Shown here: positions 49,173 through 61,839 of the stretch, in pieces
Numbering within the stretch: the first letter of the stretch is position 1
Layout of the letters: the number at the start of each line of letters is the position of its first letter
NCBI GenBank assembly: GCA_002269645.1
Contig: NIVC01002870.1
Location: forward strand, 1-64,000
From: Macrostomum lignano
Lineage: Eukaryota
Length of the DNA: 64,000 nucleotides
Direction of reading: 5' to 3'
The notes under the pieces: generated by a model
Database searches by the model: none
Seen by the model: the letters and a program-made list of their open reading frames with translations, nothing else
Told to the model about the DNA's origin: nothing
Made by a program: the position numbers and the translations under genes

Positions 49173-50293
49173 TCTCGGGATTGCTGCTGAGAAGAGGGAC
49201 GCTCTGAGCTTTAAAAATGCGATTGTTTAAGCAGATGCAGATTTTTTAAGTGGAGAACCGCACCTACAGAGGGGCTACATATATATTGTTTTGCCTAATG
49301 CCTATAACCAGACCACGCATACGACACGACGCCAAGTCTGGCTTGGTCCAGTCCAGTCCAGATTAGATATGCCTCCGCCGCCGCCCATGCCTTAAAAAAA
49401 CACAGTTATCCCTCCCTAGTCAAGTCAAGACAGTGCCAGGGCGAATGGAAAGAAAATAGGGGTTGGGGTTTCGGGTAGAAGGAAAGATAAGCGAGGCGCA
49501 AAGGCTTGGTTGGGTTGGCTGGGGTGGGGTGGGGCACACACGCCCGCCCCGTACACGGGAAATGTACATTGAGGCCGAATAGCCAACCCCCCACTATACG
49601 ATTCCACTCCTCCACTTTGCTAACACTGGCTGGACAATTTTAATCTTAACCCTATACTACGGTTGGGCGGCCCGTTAGAAAAGCCAGCTGGGACAACAGC
49701 AAATGAAATGAATTGAATGCCAATTTAAAGTCGCGTCTATTTGTCTGCCAGCCAGGTCCAGGTGACCATGCGCCTGCCTGCTTTCAAGGGTCTCTTTCAT
49801 ATTAAAAGAAGGCAATAAAATAAATTCTTACGAGTACGGAGTTACCATAATGACCAGTCATTTCATTTCACCCCGACCCCAGTGGAGATGATTAATTGCT
49901 TAATACTAACATTTATCTCAGTCTCTCCGAATTTCGAAACACCGTCAGAGAAACTGAAAGTAATAAGTTAAAGTACTCGAATAGATTGAGCAAACAGAAG
50001 GCAGCTGATTCTGCCTAATTTCTGCTGCTATTCTTTGTCGCCACCTGTGTATTTAAACTGTAAAATACAGCAAAATATGAGACTATATATAATACGTTTC
50101 TTTATGCACCATTGTTTAAACGTTATGAATATGAATTACTAGCTCGTAGCTACTTCAGTATCTTATTCAGTTGTTTAGAAAACGGTATATTTAAATTTTA
50201 CGGTGTGAAGTCAACACCACACCGTCAGCTAGTGAGCGATTGCCAAATCTCTAACGCTACAGTTTCAAATGGCAAAGTGTACTTAAGTTTAGC

Positions 50294-53200
50294 TTATTCG
50301 CTTGGCTGAGTAATTCTACCAGCAAACAGCACACAGCCCGTGCTTCTGTCCAAGATCAACACCAAGAAAGGTTCATTAACATTGAAGGTCACGCTGTCAT
50401 CCTCCAGTTTCGCGCAGTCTACAACACAAGTGGCGGTGGCTGCAGCAGCCTCGGCGCCCTCCTCGTTCACCTCCAGGCAGGCCTTGTGAACCACCTTGGA
50501 CACGAACAGGTCCCTGGAAGACTGGCTGATACCGCTGAGGTCAGCGCAGCCCTCCGTGAACAGGCGCTTCACGCCCATGGCTGGCAAGTACTGGGGATCG
50601 CTCAATGTAAACTGCGTTTCCACCTGCAAAGGAGAGGAAGGATTGGTTGCAGATGTGAGCTTGGCTTGGACTGAGCCAAATCTGGTTACGATGTGTCGGA
50701 ATCGGTCATTAACGATCATACCGCTGGGTCATGAAGTAGGCTAAATGCATACTGAACTTTGGGTGAATTGGATTTGATCTATTCAGGGTACATTACATCA
50801 ATTTACGATGATAACAGCATTACGGATACTTGCTTATATAAGCTATTTTTTCGGTAAGTTCTGTACACCCACTAGCTAATAAAGGCACTATCAATTGTAG
50901 GTAGCTGTATATGTGATCCAAATACATGTCTGTCAGAGAGCTCATGTTGCGATAAAATCCTGTTTGTAAGTTGTAACCATGCACGAGGGGAGATGTAACT
51001 CTCTTCTTTACGAGTACTGGCATTTTTTACGTAGAAACTAGTAAATAATTTGTCGACTGTATTATAGCAGTAAAAAGTTCATTAAAACCTCACTCCACTA
51101 TAGAAATTTAGTAAAGTAACGATACAGCTTGCTGAAAAGCCTTTCACAATATGTTTTCGTTGCTGCTTCTGCTGATCTTCTTGGCACGGAGCTCAATCAA
51201 TAGACTCATCAGCTGAGCAGCCCAACTACAACTTAGTGCACCATATGAGCATGAACAAGGATCCTGGTTTTGTACAGGTCAGTAAGACTGGAGTAAGACC
51301 GTCATTGGCCACAAGGAAAAATCTTATTGCTCTTCTGCCAGACCGAGTCCCGCTGCAACGCCTTAATCGGATGCCACAAAGACCCGGTGACTCTCTCGTG
51401 CGGCCTGCTGCAGATCAAAAGCACCTACTGGATTGACGCCTCAGACTTGCCGGAAAACCTATTAGAGAAGGTCTGCGTAATTTATGAGTCTATAACATTC
51501 CGACCATAAACCCTGACCCTAACCTAAATTGTCGGCAGTCAAATGGCTGGTAGTCAAATGCTTGACAGTCAAATATCGGGCTCCTGCAGTCTATAGGACT
51601 TAAATAATTCATTTTAATATCCATATCCTTGCTCCGTTCTTATTCCCAAACCAAACCAGACTGGATGACCTGCACTACTGGGTTACAGAGTCTGCTTGTG
51701 CTCTGCTATATGGCAAGGTATGGCAAATATTGCCCAGGCGGAAGACAGCCAACCGATGAGTTGAAGAAAATGGCTCTTTGTTCAAGTGTGTTCGACCGAC
51801 GGTGTGTTTGACCATTTTTGCGAAGCTTCTTTATGGTTTAAAGATACATTTAGCTACGGGTCCATCGATGAAGAAATGTCGCTTTAGCACAACCGCTGAA
51901 TTCACAGGACTATGCTCGCGTTCACAATGGCGGTCCACTAGGTAAGACAAGAATACCTCACTAATGTGAATTTCAGTGGTTGTGTTAAAGTGGCATTGCT
52001 TCATCGATGGCTACTGGAAGAAGAAATGTTTAGGAATTCGTCTGCCTTGTGGACAAACACTTTGGCGTCGCAAGTATCAGTTTGATGTGCCCTCACTGCA
52101 ATTCAAGATACACTCGGTATCTGCCGATTCAATAGAATCATGCAACTCTCTTCGGATGCTGCAGCCTGATAATTGTTATCCAAGTTTCTGATTAGTTAGT
52201 CTTTATAATTCCAACTCTTTTTTTGTTAGTAAACCGTTTCTAACATATGCAGCCAATACGCTCGTAATGAAAATTTACATGCATTCTTTATTCAAAATTT
52301 TATTAGTAAATTTAATATTTTTGACATCAAATCCTGCATTTTGTTAAGCTTTTCCGAGTTACCAGAATGGTAAGGAACATCTGAGTGAATTCAAATGGGT
52401 TTCCAATTCATCGTCAGAGCCGACAAAGCCTTTTTGCTCGTTTTATTCACCCGCGGGAATTATACACATTTAGTGCCAACCGATTTTTCATTTAAAGACA
52501 ACAGAGGCTTCCTTGTTAGAACGGAAAGACCTCCGTTCCTTGTCTGCTCCGGCCCTGCCGTTGTTGACTCTGCAGCTTTAGCCCTCCCCTCGATAGAATT
52601 GAGTCTCATCAGCTCAGTCCAGTAAGGTTGAGTTGATCTGAATAAACAGCTTCACTAAAACTGACTAAATTTTATCGGGCGGACGTCATTAGAAGCATGC
52701 GTGTGTTGCCTTTGCGTTCGTTCTTTGGGACAGACCAGCCATTTGGAACAGACAGACCTGTGCGTTCGTGCGACCCTGGTTGTCGGCCTTACTGCCAGCA
52801 TGTGTAGTGCGAAATTTTGAACCTCACTAATCATTCAGAGCGCGGACAAAGCCGGCTGGTCCATCTCGGGACACAATTTCGTTGTATAGGTCATAAAGTC
52901 AACCAGAAATACTCACCTTGAATCGAGGCAGGTGTAAGTCAACCTCTCGCGCCATAGCCTGACGCGCCAACTCCAAGATGTTGTCTAACCGAGCTTCAGA
53001 CTTTAGAGCCGCGTCCAGCTGGTGCCGCTCCTGCGGCAGGACTATTACCATGCTGCAGCTGTCACCAGCGAACGGCAGCTGGACAAGACGCAATCCGCGA
53101 CCTTCAGTGTAGAGAAAATCGCGTTTGTTCTGCATCATCCGCACGGGAGACTGGCTGCCCGGCACCGACTCGAACTGTCCATCGTAGGTGTCATCTCGGT

Positions 53201-54089
53201 CGAAGGGGTCCATCCAGTCGCCTTTGAAATAGATAGCGTTCACCAGCACAAAGCGAGAGTTGGTATCGAGAGAACCTCTGAAAGTGTTACATTGTTAGCT
53301 ATCTGTGATTAATTGAACCTACTTAAAAAGTTTTAAAATCAAAAAACGTTAACTTACTGCTTACTACTTAAGTTAATGACTTGAAAGACGTAATCAGGTT
53401 TTTTAAAGCATTTAAAAATCTTTACTGAATACACAGCCGTATTGAGAATATTCTGTGGTTTTGTATACAGTACGAAGTCGTGTCCTAAAGATTGAAGTAA
53501 CATGAAGGAGACATTGATTTACCTATTAGCTATTAGCTTAGCTAGCTTAGCTTAGCATTAGCTATTTACGGCTACAAGACCAATCTAACTGAGACGTTCT
53601 AAATCCAAGAGGTTAAATTTTCTAGCTTAGCTTAACTCACCGTGCGAGCAGCTCCCGGATCTTGCTGCTGGTCTGCTGCTCCACCCACTGGTTGATGGCC
53701 TCCCTAGCAGCCTCGCACTGCTGCTTGAAGTCCACACTGCCCAGTTCGGCTCCGTAGCTCTTGGCCAGGGTGCCGCTGAACTCCGCCTCGATGGCGAAGC
53801 TTCTCTCCGCGAACAGCCGGTTGGCCACCGCCAGCTTCACGCCCTGACGTCCGCTGTTCAGCGCCGAGATCAGCCGGCCCATGTCCGAGTGCGGAGACTT
53901 CAGCTGGCTCAGGTGCAGAGCCTGCGACAGCTCCGCCTCGGTCTCGGTCTTGGCTCCGGCCAGGGTCATGGCGAGGGCCACCTGCACAGAGGCTGGCGAC
54001 AGAAACACATTCTCAGACTTGTGCTGCTCGATCACCTGGTTCAGCAGCGACCAGGCGAAGCGGACGGCGCTCTCAGTTAGGCTGGACAT
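50294..54089 (-). CDS. Intracellular serpin, copy B; reactive loop ...TATCVVD-CAK
   Basis: Exons 54089-53641, 53277-52917, 50623-50294. Same intron positions and phases as copy A. Confidence 0.95.
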
Positions 54090-55464
54090 TCTCGGGATTG
54101 CAGTTTCTGCTGAAATGCACCGAGAAAATACAGTCAGTACAGCAGTCTTCGAAAATCGAAATTTCAGAAAATCACAAATGTACTTTCAACAGTTGCCCTA
54201 TCCATGGCCATGCACTTTATCATACCCATTTTATCGCATCTCAGTAACAAATAGGCAACTAGCTACTGGTTCCCTTGTTGGTCCCACTTACATTAAGTTA
54301 TGAAACCATTATGGAGTATTCCATTTTTTAAACAACAGATATCCTTTGGGGTATCCCTTAACCAACACCAAGTCTGTTTTAATCAACACAAAGTTCTAAA
54401 AAATTCGTCTATAAGTTCCCTGCACTTGTTGCTACTCGTAAACGACTTTGTTGGTCGTAAATTTTCGGAAAGCAGTCTTCAGTAAAATTTATTCATCGCT
54501 GACTTCATTCGTACACGGAATCATTATCAAGCATAGTTGCATGTCACCAGATGCATGAGTTCAGTTTCTAGTAGTTCACAAAGCTAATTCACGCTCTTAA
54601 TGCATTCGATGCGCACTGAATCTTAATGCATGGCGTTACACGTACGCGGCAGCTTTCAATCGAAGCGTTTTGCTCAGTCGTTGCTTTTTTGGCTTATTAG
54701 ACATCAAATACTATGACAACAATTGTGCATTGTTCTCACACTCTTGCTCGCCCTGACGCATTTAAAGTGAGGCATTTCGGTTTGGCGTTTGGCACCTTTG
54801 CGTGTATCCGCTTCAGGTCTATATACAAAAGTAATTAACTGGAAAGTCGATCTGTTGTTGAGTTCTGCTGATTTTTTGTTAATGAAGCAATTCGACTTCG
54901 AGTAGCAAACTGGCTGCCACCTTCACTACAGGGATACAGTGTCTGCCCGGCCATATTCCCGATTTCCAATGCACGTTGAATCACGCTGATCTGTGAGTGA
55001 ACACTGACTAGTTTATCGGTTCTCAAATTGTATGTCGTGTTTCTCAACGCCCAAAATCTGGACTAACGTGACTTAGCAAATTATTAAAAGTTTTCTTACG
55101 ATGCTGTAGCTAAAACCAAGACAAGGCGCCAAGCATGCAAAGGCGCCAAAATGCTAAATAGGTAACAAACAAAATGGGCACCGAAATGCCTGGTAACCGA
55201 TGTTTTCGACTCAAACCCTGATGCTGAGTACTTCCGATATACAATCTACCGCAATAGTACATTGTTTAGTCAAGGACTACTCAAGTTGAGTCAAGTATGA
55301 ATAGTACAAAAGTCTAGGATGCAGGTTTTACCGAAAATACAGTAAAAATACAGGAGAATAGAGGTTTTCATTTTTTCAGCACAAAATTTGTTATTGCTTT
55401 TGATAGAAGGTAGACCCAATGCTTATCTTTTGATATGTCTTGCCTTTTAGTACATGTTGGGTGC

Positions 55465-55604
55465 CTAAAAATCATTTAAATGGCACAGCTTGACTCATGG
55501 GTTTCATGAATATATTTTGTCATTCTTATTTGACTGTGCAATAAAATGTGTAACAGAGCGATAAAATGGATTCTTAAAAAAACCAATGAGTCGAGCTGTG
55601 CCAT
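55465..55604. mobile_element. MITE-like element, copy 2
   Basis: atggcacagcttgactcatgggtttcatgaat (from 55480) pairs with attcttaaaaaaaccaatgagtcgagctgtgccat (to 55604). The interior is homologous to 15612-15665. Confidence 0.6.
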
Positions 55605-58050
55605 TCTTTATGAAATGAAAAGCCGTCCTTCTACTTGAGTGGTCCTTGTGTTTAGTATGCACCACAGATACTAGAATAATATGATATTTATTAATTAGTT
55701 ATTCTAGCCTTTTAATAGCTATACTTAGCATTTTAAGTATTGCCTTCAATCGATTTATACGTCGAGGCTGGAGAGAGCTGGGAAAGGCTTTTTATCACTT
55801 TGGTTGGCTTTTGCAGTCTATGGCCCACAGACTTAGGCAAGACGCAGCCAAGGCCCCTCGTCACTTCAGCATTTGATTTCGTCCATTGATACACGAAAGC
55901 CATAGAATAGGATCGTGTGCCACTAAAAAGGCACACTGCGTTTAATTTCGTCAACATTACGAAGCCATAGCCATAGAACATGAAATGACAAACACTAACT
56001 TGTAAGGAAGCAGCAGTCTGAACAGAGCAGAAAGTTTCCGGTAATTGACGGCAACCATTCAGCGATGCTTTTCACGTTGAGCCATGGATAGTTTCTTAGA
56101 CGAAATCTAAGGCAGTTTTTCCCGAAATCCATTTCTTGTCTCTTCATTTATCCCACACTGCTTTGGCTATTTTGTTTTCCCAAAATCCCTATTTGCAATG
56201 AATGAAGCTTGAAAAAATCAAACGCTGAAGTGACGAATTCAATCGTAAATGGTATAGCATAAAGGTATAGTATAGTTATAGCTTATTTCCTTATCTGTGC
56301 TATGACCTTGATTTAAATATCGGGCAAAGCACGAGCGCGCGTGTTTTCTGGCAATTGTTTAACAAAGCTACACACTATAGACAAGTGTATTGTATAATAT
56401 ATCATATTTGCCCGGCACAGATGTCATTTTTCCACACTAGAGAGAAAAATAAGAAGGGTCGAAACCGTCTAATAGATGATAAAGTTGGGAAAATAGTCAC
56501 GTGATAGGCACAAGGGAGGAAAAAGCCCGTTGAAAACGATACCGTGCAGACAAGAATTGCTGAATACTTGTTGCAAACAGCTCTCTAGTGACTCTTTAAC
56601 GACTCAAACACGTCTAATACGATGGAAAGGCGACTGTTAGCGCGTCACGTGAATTGTAGAATCGTATAGTCGCGAAATAATCGTTCTAAGAATCCTTGTG
56701 CCAGTGCTTAACTTTCGCTTTCTAATAACTGACTCTAAGTCACCAAGCGACGCAAATGCGCTTCAAACACAACTCAGTGACTCTAACAGGTCTCAAATAC
56801 GACTCAACGGCCCTAAAGTCACTGGTATGTGCAAAGAAACTTCAAAGCACATACCAGTTAGTTACTGAACCCATTTCCGTTCATACGATTTCGAACGAAT
56901 AGGAAGTGATACTGCCATCTGACTGCCGATGATTTAGGTTTATGGGCTTAGGGTTAGGTTCGGGTCAGGTTTAAGGTTGGAGTTGTTTTTTTTTGGAGCT
57001 GCCGAACGTCTCATAAGCCTAATTAACAGTTCCATTAGAACCAACAAAAGTACGCAAAAAATCTCATGCATTTGACTAGACGATTGCTATGGACTAAAAT
57101 CGGTTGTAAAATTGAAAAAAATGCAAGGCATTAAAAAGACGTGCAGAAAAATTGGTAAAAAACGCAACAATAGGTTAGAGCAGAATCTCTAGGGCTAGAA
57201 GACAAATATATTTTACTAGTGTAATACCAGTATTCATCCAGGCCCCAGCAAACAATCAAAGCTTTTTAAGAAGAAAAGTTATTTTTTACAGAACGGGATC
57301 AATCAAGCTACTAATAGAATCGAGAAGTTGTTTGAGAAATCACTTGTACTTGTAAGTTATTAATAAATTTATCATTTGTGATAGAATACAATTTTATATA
57401 AGTGATACGCGTATAGGCTTGGCCTATTTTTTGGCGGCAATCATTAGCAAGAACACAGAGAAAGTCACTTTTAACTACAAGATTTATTGGGAGGGGCTAC
57501 AGACCCAACCGCAAAGCTCGAATCTAATGATTCCCTGACTGTTAACACTGGAAAATGATTTCAAATTTATTCAATACAATTTAATTCATTTTGTCATCAC
57601 TCGGATTAACCATTGGGTGGCATTAAAGCACAGGGAAAGGTGGGCGAACGCCCCCGACTGAAGGCAGTCCCGTGAGGATGTCCCTTAATCCCTCCCCCAC
57701 CCTCCGCTCCGCACAAACCCAGATCTCTTTAACGTTTTCAGGTCCGAGAATTTCATCCGCTACCTAAGGTCTACCGGGCGAGCGACCATCCACCTCCTGG
57801 ACTCTCCGGAAGTGCTCCCCCTCTGCAGCTGAGTCAAGAAAGTTGATGATTGGTCTTCAATTATATCGACTTTGATTTGGCAATTAATCAACAATTGATT
57901 AATAATCGCAGCTTTTCCTACCGCTTGAAGAGGATTTTTCGGCAGGTTAAGTCCCTCATCTTTGCCAGTCTCCAATAGAATTTCGGATTTCCAAGAGCAT
58001 TCATAACTCGCTCTAATGCCTAGTTCATGCAAGCTCAACAACCAATTGAT

Positions 58051-59550
58051 TTAAAACACTGGCGACTCCTGCTGCTCCAACTGCAGCTTCCTGCCGCCGT
58101 CTGCTACTCCTCGGGCGTCACCTTCGCCGATGTCGCCGCGAGTGGGTTTTGGCGGCCTGGCCAGCAGCTCCACCAGGGCTTCCAGAGCCGCCTGACTCTC
58201 CACGAAGCCGGCATCGGCGGCGCTGGCCAGCTCGGCAGCCAGATGGCCACAGCGGAGCCGGTCAGCCTGGCGCAGGGCCCGCACCGTGTCGCAGCTGCCG
58301 TCGCTGCCGCCACCAGCAGCTTCAGAAGCAGCTCCCGCTGCAGTGCCGCCGCCGCGCTGCGGGGCCAGGTGGGTCCGGCAGACCGGCAGCACCTCCATAG
58401 GCAGGCATTCCATAGCGCCGCCGGAGACACCGCCGGAACCCGGATGCAGCTGCAGCGCTGTTGTGTCCGTCACCAGAGCCTGAAGTAGGTAAATGTACGC
58501 TGCATTGGAACTCATGGCACACTCTCCCGATATACACGGTGCCCAGGCCAAGAAGTGTCCCAGAGTGACTTGCATCGCCCCAGAGTCGTTGCAGATGACA
58601 CAGGTAAAATAGGAAAAGACTCTAAACGACTCTAAAATGACGAGATGTCACGGTACAAGTCGCCAAAAAGTCGTCAAAGACTCGCCCAATAATCACTTTG
58701 AAGTGTTTTATTATCTGCGACTCCAAAATGACTCTGAGGCGATGGTATAACGACTCTGCCGGCCGTAGACTAGTCACTGATTAGTATTTGAAGCACTCTA
58801 ACTAGCCTGCTGAGTTAGTAGACAGTTAAGCGCCAGCACAACGATTCTTTAGATGACTCTTTTAAGCATGCATTCATAGCCCTGAGTTTCTCATTGTGCC
58901 ATTTTTCCGGAATCGAACCCGGGACTTTGGTGCTAGATCAAGTCGAATTAAATTGACAGAACCACTCATTTGCCCTCTTTTTTCCAGTAATATGAAGCGG
59001 TGCCCAGAAGCTGACCACTCAGCCCCAATAGCCAAGAAGAGGGTCCACTCCAGCCCACCTGAGTAGTGGCATCCCTGGCGTGCTGCACCAGCACCAGCAG
59101 CAGGTCGGGCTGTTTAAACTCCTCGCACAGCCGCCTGTGAATGTGCGCCTCCTTGGCTGACAGCTGCACCAGCTGCGGCTGCTGCTCCGGCCGAAGGCAG
59201 TCGCCGATCCGGCGGCGATACCAGCCGATAACGGCGCCGTCGGTGGCTTCGGCGGCGGCCCGAGCGGCGGAAGCGGCGCCGGAGACGGCCAGACGGGGCA
59301 GCGGCGCGAGCGACACGACCCGGTAGCGCCGGCTGGCCGTGGTGGCGGCCTCCGCCTGGTCGGTCCTGACGGTGCGAGACTCCAGCTCGCGGCTGCCGAG
59401 CAGGAGGCCGTCAGGCGGATCGAGCTGGGCGCACAGGGAGGCAAACTGCGACGAAGGCAGCGAGACGTTGCCGGCAGTCGCCGCCGCAGCGGTCGTCGAT
59501 GCGGGGGCGCTGAAGCCGCCATTGGTGAATTCACCGCCTGGGCTGAGCAT
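58051..59550 (-). CDS. ABRAXAS1: BRCA1-A complex subunit Abraxas 1-like (MPN- domain), 2 exons, ~307 aa
   Basis: Exons 59550-59059 and 58479-58051. DGLLLG..RTDQ..VIGWYRRR..LSAKEAHIHRRLCEEFKQPDLLLVLV aligns with human [46 protein letters not shown]. The C-terminus ESPVF* mirrors human SPTF*. Confidence 0.8.
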
Positions 59551-59631
59551 GGAGAGTCCGCAGCGACATCAATTAACAAATTGGATTTGCAGTTCAAGTG
59601 AAATATTTTAAACTACGGCCAGATCTAGTTA

Positions 59632-59925
59632 GCTCATCACGTGATTAAGATGACGGCATCACGTGACTGAACACAATTGCATCACGTGTTAGATAGCGAC
59701 ATCATGTGACTAAAGAAAATGAAATCATGTACCTAAAAAAGTGACATCACATGACTAAAGAAAGTTACATCACGTGACTATAGAAAATGACATCACGTGA
59801 CTAAAGTTACGCGGCATCACGTGACTAAAGATAGTGGAATCACGTGACTAAAGACAGTGGAATCACGTGATTAAAGACAGTGGCATCACGTGACAAAAGA
59901 AATGGCGTCACGTGACTAAAGAAAA
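59632..59925. promoter_or_regulatory. 22-23-bp tandem repeat carrying a cluster of TCACGTGA E-boxes just upstream of ABRAXAS1
   Basis: About 13 units: 9 with perfect TCACGTGA, 1 CACGTGT, 2 CATGTG/CACATG variants. A regulatory role is inferred. Confidence 0.5.
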
Positions 59926-60527
59926 TGATATCAATATGAGAGCGATTATGAAGAACACGAACTCCACTTCAATCAAGGCAGTTTAGAGGTGATTAATATA
60001 ATAGAATATACAGAACCTTGTGTTGACAACTTCTTACTTAGAGAATCGTCAGGGGGCTCAAAAGTCAGTCTTCTCTTCTTATTAAAATCTAAATTCTACA
60101 CTGAAGTAATTGAGCAAAGATATTTTCAAAAATTCATAAAAACAGAATGAAGACCAACAGAAAAGTTCAAGTATATTAAAGCTCATGAAGTTTAACAACA
60201 ACATAAAATCTGATTTGAAAAAACCAATCAGACTACTCGCGAATGACAGTGAGATGCGCAAAATGGCCTACTGATTGCCAGTAGTATCGAACAAAATGAA
60301 TATTGCTACAGCAAAAAGTCGTGCTGAAAATGCATTGAACGATATATTGTTTAATTCTTGATAGAAATTGATTAAAAATCATCGATGATAACAAATTTTT
60401 TTATGATTATTGCAACGGCAAAAAACGACAAAAACACGAAAGAGCAACTTTAAGTCCCACAAGTTTTAACTTTCATTTTGTTTTTAAATGAAAAAATACA
60501 TGCGATAGTGTAAAATATTCGAATCTA

Positions 60528-60640
60528 ACTGTACATTGTCTCCCGCGCTAACCATATGTCTCCACTCTGTCCCAATGTACATTGTCTCCCGCGCTAACCA
60601 TATTTCCACTGTCCCAATTTACATTGTCTCCCGCACTAAT
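60528..60640. repeat. Short ~45-bp triplicated repeat (t(g/t)tacattgtctcccgc(g/a)ctaa)
   Basis: Three copies visible. Confidence 0.75.
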
Positions 60641-60867
60641 ATTTCCCCGTAAAATTGCCTGAAAATCAAAAGAAATGTAAGGACACGAAGAGTCCGATCT
60701 CGAATGCCCTCGAATAACCTAAATCGAGCTATTTTGTTCCTGATCAATTGCTGAAATTCTGAAACAGCTACTGAAAGTAGAAAAAAAGAACTTTTTTTCA
60801 CAAAACAGACAACCGGAACCGGATTAACTACTAGCGGTTAGTCGCATCTGATTATAACAATTTTGTG

Positions 60868-61752
60868 TCAGAACTCGCCGCGTCTGATCGGGCCAGCAGC
60901 CATGTCGGCGCAGTGGGCGGGCGCGCCCGGATCGGTCGGGTCGTAGGCCAGACAGGCGGACCAGAGCGCCGCAGGCAGCAGCGCCAGCAACGACAGGGCG
61001 GCGAGGAGAGCCAGCATGCCGGCTGGGCCGCAGGCGGAGCCGAAGCGAGCCAGGCAGAGCTGAGCAGCCAGCCAGACTGACACAAGCAGCAGGCCGGCCG
61101 CTTCTCGGCCCTCCTCGTGCGCCAGAGGATTTCTAGCTAACAACGACTGCTGATGTTGGTTGCCATGGAGACTAGTTGGTAGCAGGGCAGACTGGAGCAG
61201 GTAAGCGAGGCCCGACAGGCAGATGGCAGAGTGAGCCAGCATTAGCCAGCGGGTTGCGTTGTTGGCTGTTAATAAGGGAATAAAATACAGGTGAAATGTC
61301 TGCATCAGCCTACTAGCAGTAGAAATGCGAGAAAAAGAATAGTTTTCAAGAGTCTGACTCACTTAAAAGCGAAGGCTTCAAGGCAAGCGCCAGCGCCAGC
61401 AGACAGGGTAACGCGTAGATGGGCTGAAGTGCGGGATATTAAAAACAATAAATACGCTATAGCTGCCTACTATTAGTAGTCTGATGCCAACAATTACTCA
61501 ATTTTTTGCTGACAAACTCACAATCCAAACCACTGGGTCGGGATCGTTGGTCTGCACAGCGGCGCACATGAAAAACAGGCAGCTGGCCAGCACGTTGGCG
61601 CAGCGCCAAATCCAGAACCGACCGCCGGCGCTTCCGAGCGGCTGAGAGGGTACATCATGCCCTTGCTGCTGCTGCGGCTGGCTTGAGTGCATACTGATGA
61701 GGCGAGAGTCTGGCGCTCCAGATGATGACGATGATGAATGTCGCCTAATCAT
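60868..61752 (-). CDS. TMEM220: Transmembrane protein 220, 3 exons
   Basis: Exons 61752 (or 61692)-61522, 61423-61363, 61265-60868. IWRCANVLASCLFFMCAAVQTNDPD matches human [41 protein letters not shown] matches HEEEGRELSGLVIITAW. PAHC matches PTHC. Confidence 0.88.
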
Positions 61753-61839
61753 TTTTACACAGCAATTTCATCAAGTTTTGCTTGTTTGTCCGACTTTAAT
61801 ATGAGAGCCATTTGCAAGAGGCGAGGGCGATCGTAGAAG

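Noticed and set aside
56940-56990. Degenerate telomere-like ttagggttagg (also ccctgaccctaacc at ~51511)
   Set aside because: Only 2-3 imperfect units, a common feature of small interspersed repeats. Insufficient to call an interstitial telomere or an element.
56580-58870. GACTC/TGACTC-rich patches downstream of and inside the ABRAXAS1 gene (AP-1-like half sites)
   Set aside because: No regular period or clear boundaries. Probably decayed repeats and not interpretable by eye.
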